A stretch of DNA of 64,000 bases from a candidate division FCPU426 bacterium. Lineage in GTDB: Bacteria > Oederibacteriota > Muellerivitia > Muellerivitales > Muellerivitaceae. Position 1 is the first letter of the stretch; each line of letters starts with the position of its first letter. Made by a program: the position numbers and the translations under genes. Shown here piece by piece: positions 58,415 to 64,000 of the stretch. The notes under the pieces are model-generated. The model was given only the letters and a program-made list of their open reading frames with translations. It made no database searches and was not told the origin of the DNA. The stretch covers positions 15,591 to 79,590 of the forward strand of contig CAVYSE010000021.1 in the NCBI GenBank assembly GCA_963771075.1, read 5' to 3'.

Positions 58415-58733
58415 GTGTTATGTGTTGGCCTGACCCTTATTACTTTAAGAGCGGGACTCAAATGGTAAGCGAAGGAAAGTTCCTATTAATCCATTGATCG
58501 CCGACGAGGAATGGCGGGATAGTTGACCAAACCCTATAAATAGTTCCCATTCCTGACAAAATCAAATTCTGCTGTGTTTTGAACCTCAAATCTAATATTC
58601 AACCCACACCTCGAAAGCCCTTTCAACCAAACGGGTCAAGTTTTACCGCTTCTTCTCGCTCATCGAGTAAGAATAACGTAAATTAGTTGCGCCCGGTTTC
58701 GGGTGAATCTTCCCGTAGGAGAAAGTCCATAGC

Positions 58734-60020
58734 ATGTCTCTACTTTCGTATGGCCTGATCGCCCTTCTTATATTAGGAGCGGGGCTCGTCCTTTGGCTGG
58801 CCCTGCGTGAACAAAGATCCAAACTCTTGGTCACATCCTGGGGCGACCTTCAGGAGAACCACGTCCTCCTCAGCCTGATCGACGACTTCCGAAAGGCGAA
58901 CCCCCGCTGTGAGGTTCAGGTGGAACGCCTCCCCTTCCCCGAATACGTCCCCACGCTCACAAAGGATATCGCCGCGGGCGCGGGGCCTGACGTGATCTTC
59001 GTGGAAGCCAACAATTTCATGGATTTTTACGCCCGCAAGTCCCTCGCGCCCCTGAATGATTTCATCCACCGGGACCACCTGGATTTGAATTCTTTCTATC
59101 CCCAGATCGTGAACCGATTCAGCGTGAAAAACCAGGTTTACGCCCTGCCCCGGGATACGGCCCCCATCTGCCTGGTTTACTACAACAAGATGGCTTTCGA
59201 GGAAGCGGGCCTCCCCTTCCCGACCGGCCAGTGGGATTGGAAGGCCTTCGCCGAAACGGCCCAGAAACTGGTGAAACGGGACGCGGATGGAAAGATCCTC
59301 CGGTGGGGATTGGTCGAAAACTGGGCCATGACCGACGGCTGGGTCTACAGCGGCGGGGGCTCCTACGTGGACAACCCGAAGGACCCGAGAAGATGGACCT
59401 TTGGGACCGACCCCCTGACCCGCATGGCCATCCAGTTCCGGGCGGACTTGATCCACAAATACAAAGTCATGGCCTCGCCCGCGAGCGACGAGACCATCGG
59501 AGCGGAAAACACCTCCGCCCTCTTCGCCAGCGGCAAGGCGGCCATGTTTATTTCGGGAGTCTGGAAAACACCCTATTTCCGGGAAACCATCCAGGATTTC
59601 CAATGGGACGTGGCCTTGATGCCCCGGTCCCCCCAGGGGATCCGGGGTTGCGCGGCCGGGGGCTCGGGATACGCCATCACCCGGTCGTCGAAGTACAAGG
59701 AACAGGCCTGGAAGTTCATCCAATTCATCACCGGGGAAACCGGCGCGCGCAGGCTGGCCGAGACGGGGCTGGCCCAGCCCGCCCTGATCCGGGTCGCCGG
59801 GTCACCGGCCTTCCTGGACGGCAAGGACCCGGCCAACAAGAAACTGCTCCTGGACGCCGTTCAATACGGGAAGTATTCCCCCCTCTGCGGGAACTGGTGG
59901 GAGGCCTTTTATTTCATCGCCACCGAGCTCAACCCCATCTGGGCCGAGAACCAGAAGGTCGAGGATGTGTTGCAAAAGATCCAGAAACACCTGGATACCA
60001 TCCCCCCCAAGCCGCTGTGA
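58734..60020 (+). CDS. Orphan sugar ABC transporter substrate-binding protein
   Basis: GAGPDVIF, YALPRD, YYNKMAFEEAG.P.P...WDW and FASGKAAM motifs; N-terminal TM anchor; no permease nearby. Confidence 0.9.
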   Translation: MSLLSYGLIALLILGAGLVLWLALREQRSKLLVTSWGDLQENHVLLSLIDDFRKANPRCEVQVERLPFPEYVPTLTKDIAAGAGPDVIFVEANNFMDFYARKSLAPLNDFIHRDHLDLNSFYPQIVNRFSVKNQVYALPRDTAPICLVYYNKMAFEEAGLPFPTGQWDWKAFAETAQKLVKRDADGKILRWGLVENWAMTDGWVYSGGGSYVDNPKDPRRWTFGTDPLTRMAIQFRADLIHKYKVMASPASDETIGAENTSALFASGKAAMFISGVWKTPYFRETIQDFQWDVALMPRSPQGIRGCAAGGSGYAITRSSKYKEQAWKFIQFITGETGARRLAETGLAQPALIRVAGSPAFLDGKDPANKKLLLDAVQYGKYSPLCGNWWEAFYFIATELNPIWAENQKVEDVLQKIQKHLDTIPPKPL

Positions 60021-60271
60021 GGAATACCTAACCGGGGCTCGATTTTTCAAAGCTTTTGACTTCGGTGGCGGCCTTTGAGGATTCCTTTATCGTGGGCACC
60101 GGCATCATCCTGCTGGCCATGCTCCCGGCGATGTTCCTGCCTTCCAAGAACAAACATCACGCGGGGAAATTGGACAGCATCGAGGTTGCGGATTAAAAAG
60201 GCGGGAGTTCGGCGCGGGGAAAAGACACGCGTGATTTGCTATAATAGAGGCACTTTTAAGGGGTGTTGCGG

Positions 60272-60475
60272 ATGAAGAACAGAGCCCAATGGACAGCTAA
60301 ATTATCCCGGTTGACCGACCCGGAGCCAAACCCGGGTTGGGCGGTTTCGGATCCACGCGAGAATGTGGGGATGATGTGGCAGTTGGCCCTCGATAATTGG
60401 GCTTTCATGAAGGGACCTCATGCTGAATCAAGATTACAAAGACATGCTGGCCGCCTTATTAGGGGAAAAAGCTGA
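60272..60475 (+). CDS. Small protein paired with a nucleotidyltransferase
   Basis: Overlaps the downstream gene; extended -10 TGCTATAAT at about 60237-60245. Confidence 0.65.
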   Translation: MKNRAQWTAKLSRLTDPEPNPGWAVSDPRENVGMMWQLALDNWAFMKGPHAESRLQRHAGRLIRGKS

Positions 60476-60875
60476 TTTTTTGATCGTCGGGGCATACGCC
60501 CTGGCGGTTTATGGCCTTCCGCGCGCCACCGGCGATATCGATCTATTCGTGGGAACAAATCCTGAAAATTCAAAAAAAGTTTACCAGGCGTTGGCCCAGT
60601 TTGGCGCTCCCATGACGGAACTAACCCCCCATACCTTCACCCAGGAAGACGTGATTTTTCAGTTGGGCGTGGCGCCCAACCGCATTGACCTTTTAACGTC
60701 CATTTCGGGTGTTTCATTTGCCGACGCGTGGTCCCGCCCCCAATGGACGGAAGTGGAAGGCTTGAAATTGCCTGTTTTATCCATTGAAGACTTGATTCGC
60801 AATAAAACGGCGGCAGGCAGGCCCAAAGATATCGCGGATTTGGCGTGGCTCAAGATCCGAAAAGACCAAAAGTGA
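60420..60875 (+). CDS. Minimal nucleotidyltransferase-like protein (putative TA component)
   Basis: IVGAYALAVYGLPRATGDIDL...RIDLL...NK.AAGRPKDIAD. Confidence 0.85.
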   Translation: MLNQDYKDMLAALLGEKADFLIVGAYALAVYGLPRATGDIDLFVGTNPENSKKVYQALAQFGAPMTELTPHTFTQEDVIFQLGVAPNRIDLLTSISGVSFADAWSRPQWTEVEGLKLPVLSIEDLIRNKTAAGRPKDIADLAWLKIRKDQK

Positions 60876-60917
60876 TCCGCTCCCCTTTAGCTTATAACTC
60901 CTAAATTCCCACAAACA

Positions 60918-61949
60918 AGAAAATGGGGTCAGGACAACACTTGACACTTATGGACCATCTTCTCCAATCGCCGGTCTTTTTCCACGCGTATTTTTATCAC
61001 CGCCCATCGATTCCCAATCGCCGATGGACTCACCCCCAACACTTTTGCCGTTTCTCTTGAGCTTATTCCCGCCGTTTTCTTTAACAAATAAATCGCCACA
61101 TCCCTGGCTTCATTTTCCTTCTTTCGGCTTTTTACGATTTCTTCCTTCTTCACCCCGTAAACTTCCGCTACCTTCGCCAGCACTTTTTCCACCGGAGGAT
61201 GCATGATTTTCTTTTGGTATTTCGGCATATCCAGGTTTTCTTTGCCTGATATCAGGCCCTTCATCTTTTCCAAAAATTCATCTTTCCCCAAATAAACCTG
61301 ATGCCTCAACTCATCCCAAGGGCTGGTTCCCGCTTGGAGCCCATCGTCCACGAACCCTTGATAGGCCTTTTGCGCTGAACCTAACCTTTTATCAAATAAT
61401 CCTAATAACCACTTCGTTTCCAACCAGGATGGGGCTTTTTCCATGCCAACCGTAGCCCGATAACTGCTCCATTTCCATTCTTTAGGATGCTTCACCATTT
61501 TGGCCCTTACGGGGTTTAAGACCACATACCGGCACAATTCCTTCAAATAACTTTCTTTATCTACATGGATGGCCTTAAACCGGCCTTGAAACAAATGCCC
61601 CACTCGTCCCCTTTTTCGATTGAACCTTTGGGTATAAAGCCCATTTAAATGCTTCATGGCCATGGAAAGGTTGGCGGCGGGGGTTTCCAACAATAAGTGA
61701 TAGTGATTGTCCATCAAGACCCAGGCATGGCAGTGCAAATGATGTTCTTCCACAACTTCAGCGAGTATTTTCAGGAATAAACAACGATCTGAATCATCAA
61801 ACACGATCTTTCTTCGTTCATTCCCTCGGGAAGTGACGTGATAAACAGCACCTTCATAATGGATTCTTTTTGCTCGGGGCATGGCGGAATCTTATCAAAT
61901 ACCGAATTGGTTGTTAAGTGTTATGTGTTGGCCTGACCCTTATTACTTT
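60918..61949 (-). mobile_element. Y1/HUH transposase element, copy B
   Basis: Direct repeat of 57415-58446 at an offset of 3503 bp. Confidence 0.92.
60929..61882 (-). CDS. RAYT-like Y1 transposase with DnaA-C-like HTH (protein identical to copy A)
   Basis: Same 317-aa translation in the ORF track. Confidence 0.93.
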   Translation of the reverse strand: MPRAKRIHYEGAVYHVTSRGNERRKIVFDDSDRCLFLKILAEVVEEHHLHCHAWVLMDNHYHLLLETPAANLSMAMKHLNGLYTQRFNRKRGRVGHLFQGRFKAIHVDKESYLKELCRYVVLNPVRAKMVKHPKEWKWSSYRATVGMEKAPSWLETKWLLGLFDKRLGSAQKAYQGFVDDGLQAGTSPWDELRHQVYLGKDEFLEKMKGLISGKENLDMPKYQKKIMHPPVEKVLAKVAEVYGVKKEEIVKSRKKENEARDVAIYLLKKTAGISSRETAKVLGVSPSAIGNRWAVIKIRVEKDRRLEKMVHKCQVLS

Positions 61950-61976
61950 CATTCACTTCCCGAAAACCCATTCCGA

Positions 61977-62648
61977 CTAAATCTTCAGCTTTAAGCGGTT
62001 CAGGTCCTTCGTCAGTAAATCCAAATCGGTCCCGTATTTCGGGTTGAATTTCACCGGTCCATAGACCGGAACGGCCAAAAGCTTCCGCAGGACCAGGGCG
62101 TTCGACTTTTCCGACAGTTCTTTCCCCTTGTAGCCGTTCAATACCACGCCCAACACCTTGACCTCGCGCCTTTGAAGGGCGTTCACCGTGAGCAGGGTGT
62201 GGTTGATCGTCCCCAGCCCCGCGCGGGCCACCACCAGCGTGGGCAATTTCCAGTTCACGATCCAGTCGATCGCGGAGAAGTTACGGGTAATGGGCACCAA
62301 AACCCCGCCGATCCCCTCCACCACCACGCGGTCGTATTTCTTCAGGGCCTTATGAAAAGCCTTTTCGATCTTGGCGAGCGGCACCGCGCCTTCTTTCCAC
62401 GAGGCGGAAAAGGGGGCAAGGGGCTGTTTGAAATGGACGGGTACGATTTCGGGATAGGCGGAATCGGGCAATTTGGCGGCTTTTTGCAGGAGCTTACCGT
62501 CTTCGCTGGGGTTACCGCCCGTCGCGACAGGCTTCAGGACCCCCACTTGGACGCCCCGGTTCACGAGCATCCGGGTGATGCCGGCGGCAATGAGGGTTTT
62601 ACCGACTCCGGTATCGGTCCCACATACAAACATACCCTTTTTAAACAT
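61977..62648 (-). CDS. bioD: Dethiobiotin synthase
   Basis: GTDTGVGKT, KPVATG, VEGIGG and LGTINHTLLT motifs. Confidence 0.96.
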   Translation of the reverse strand: MFKKGMFVCGTDTGVGKTLIAAGITRMLVNRGVQVGVLKPVATGGNPSEDGKLLQKAAKLPDSAYPEIVPVHFKQPLAPFSASWKEGAVPLAKIEKAFHKALKKYDRVVVEGIGGVLVPITRNFSAIDWIVNWKLPTLVVARAGLGTINHTLLTVNALQRREVKVLGVVLNGYKGKELSEKSNALVLRKLLAVPVYGPVKFNPKYGTDLDLLTKDLNRLKLKI

Positions 62649-63507
62649 TGGGGCTTACCAACCTCTCATAAGCATTTTTTACTAGTTGTTTTTCTTCGTA
62701 TGAAAATTGCGTTCTTAGAAATTTGAAGAATTCGATCAATTCACCTTCTTTATAAACCTTCACACTAGGTCTAAGACGCGGCATGCTCTCAGCAAGATTT
62801 TTCCAATGTTTATCAAGTAGTACGATATCGGAATATGCGAGATTAACAACAGAATGAAAAAAATCAGTTACATCATTATCTTTAAACTGATCCTGTCTCG
62901 AAAATATCGCTCTTAGCAGACCACTAAAAACAGCTCTGCAAAAACGCCTCTCCTCATAAGCTTTAATTATTATCTTTTTATACAATTCAAGAATAGTTTT
63001 ACTCTTTGCAAATTCAACTCTCGATTCCTCAATAATGGTCTTTATTTCTCTTTGGTTATCTTCCCGTTGTTTTTTTAAATCTTCTCGATTTGCATTAACC
63101 AAATCTATAATTCGCGATAGCGTAAGTGGCCCACCATGAATTATCGGATAATACATTTTTAAAAAATCAATATCGACCCAGGGCGGAGAATTAGAAAAAT
63201 TCGGATTCTCTTCATCTCGCATCACCGGCCCGGGACTCATTCTGGCCAAGGCCCACTGTTCACCAATTTCACTTAAAAATGATTTTATTTCATCTAAAGA
63301 GCGCCCGTCGTCTTGACCAACAATGTCCAAGACATTTGCCCACGAAAATACAAGCGTTCCTTTACAACGGAAAAAACTTAAAAATATGAACCTAAAATTA
63401 TCTTCAGAAGAGATTCGTCTTAACGCCCAATGATCTAAGTGAATTGCTGGTTTTCTGATTTTTATATCAACATTCAAAACGTCTTTTTGTTTAGTAACAA
63501 TAATCAT
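62641..63507 (-). CDS. AT-rich hypothetical protein, possibly PIN-like fold
   Basis: IHLDHW near the N-terminus and NDVTDFFH...YSDIVLLD near the C-terminus; much lower GC than bioF/bioD. Confidence 0.7.
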   Translation of the reverse strand: MIIVTKQKDVLNVDIKIRKPAIHLDHWALRRISSEDNFRFIFLSFFRCKGTLVFSWANVLDIVGQDDGRSLDEIKSFLSEIGEQWALARMSPGPVMRDEENPNFSNSPPWVDIDFLKMYYPIIHGGPLTLSRIIDLVNANREDLKKQREDNQREIKTIIEESRVEFAKSKTILELYKKIIIKAYEERRFCRAVFSGLLRAIFSRQDQFKDNDVTDFFHSVVNLAYSDIVLLDKHWKNLAESMPRLRPSVKVYKEGELIEFFKFLRTQFSYEEKQLVKNAYERLVSPNV

Positions 63508-63537
63508 AAAGAATGTTCATAGAGTTAATTGCTAACA

Positions 63538-64000
63538 TTAAAGTTTCTTAAATGCATTGAATAACTTCCCGATATCCGCATCCGTATGCGCCCCGGAAAC
63601 GGACAACCTCAAGCGGGCCGTGCCCTTGGGAACCGTGGGCGGGCGGATGGCCACCACAAGAACGCCTTCTTCCAGGAGCTTTTCGGACATCTTCAGCGCT
63701 TCCTCGTTCCCCCCCACGATAATGGGCATGATGGGCCCCGCGCCTCGGGGGATCTCATAACCCAAGGCCCTCAAACCCTCCCGTACCTTCTTGGCGTTTT
63801 CCCAAAGCGTTTCGACCCTTTGGGGTTCCTGCTGTAAAACCTCCAGCGCCCCCAGGGAGGCCCCGCAAACGGCGGGTGCCAACCCGGTTGTATATATGAA
63901 GGTTCGGGCCCGGTTGACCAACGACTCGATGAACAATTTTGGCCCGCAAACAAACCCGCCCATGCTCCCCAGGGCCTTGCTGTAGGTACCAACGACCACT
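63538..64000 (-). CDS. bioF: 8-amino-7-oxononanoate synthase (5' part outside the window)
   Basis: GTYSKALGSMGG, ARTFIYTTG and AIRPPTVPKGTARLR motifs. Confidence 0.93.
   Translation of the reverse strand, partial: VVVGTYSKALGSMGGFVCGPKLFIESLVNRARTFIYTTGLAPAVCGASLGALEVLQQEPQRVETLWENAKKVREGLRALGYEIPRGAGPIMPIIVGGNEEALKMSEKLLEEGVLVVAIRPPTVPKGTARLRLSVSGAHTDADIGKLFNAFKKL

Larger units (their letters stand above)
57415..58446 (-). mobile_element. Y1/HUH transposase element, copy A, with 25-bp imperfect terminal inverted repeats
   Basis: 1032-bp near-identity with 60918-61949; IRs at 57423-57447 and 58412-58436 (22/25 match); no TSD visible. Confidence 0.92.

Noticed and set aside
38518..61976. Classical integron or prophage
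   Set aside because: No IntI or other recombinase, no convincing attC sites and no phage structural genes.
1..64000. CRISPR array, tRNA, rRNA or known riboswitch
   Set aside because: No regularly spaced repeat-spacer array or recognisable RNA signature was seen by eye; a covariance-model scan was not possible.

Overview
Bacterial, GC-rich coding window, mostly minus strand, in three parts. (1) 1-10 kb and 21.8-38.5 kb are housekeeping: mtnA, PNP, yggU/yggT/proC/yggS, secDF, two thioredoxins, a TPR-PBP, M24 peptidase, thpR-cinA-pgpA-pgsA-rimO and bioA. (2) 10-21.5 kb holds three large secreted glycan-active proteins (expansin-like, GH5, GH116), each with long Thr/Pro linkers and the same T9SS-CTD-like C-terminal domain. 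(3) An accessory region of about 23.4 kb (38.6-61.95 kb) lies between bioA and bioD/bioF. It is punctuated by a family of HUH/Y1 (RAYT-like) transposase elements that have a DnaA-C-like HTH tail and terminal inverted repeats ending in GGGTCA/TGACCC: two full copies, two internally deleted copies, a mini-element and a lone end. Segments between these ends carry TA pairs, a Sel1/TPR gene, signalling genes, an ECF sigma/anti-sigma locus with two lipoprotein serpins plus a PorV-like barrel and CTD cargo, and an orphan sugar-binding protein; two genes are cut off at TGACCCCATT sites. The best candidates for undescribed biology are this Y1/TGACCCC cassette-like array and the T9SS-like CTD/PorV system. 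All calls come from reading the sequence by eye; no database searches were run. Taxonomy is not established: the Thr/Pro-linker plus CTD architecture suggests an uncultured diderm lineage outside Bacteroidota, possibly FCPU426-like, but this is inference only. Two frameshifted genes may be sequencing errors.
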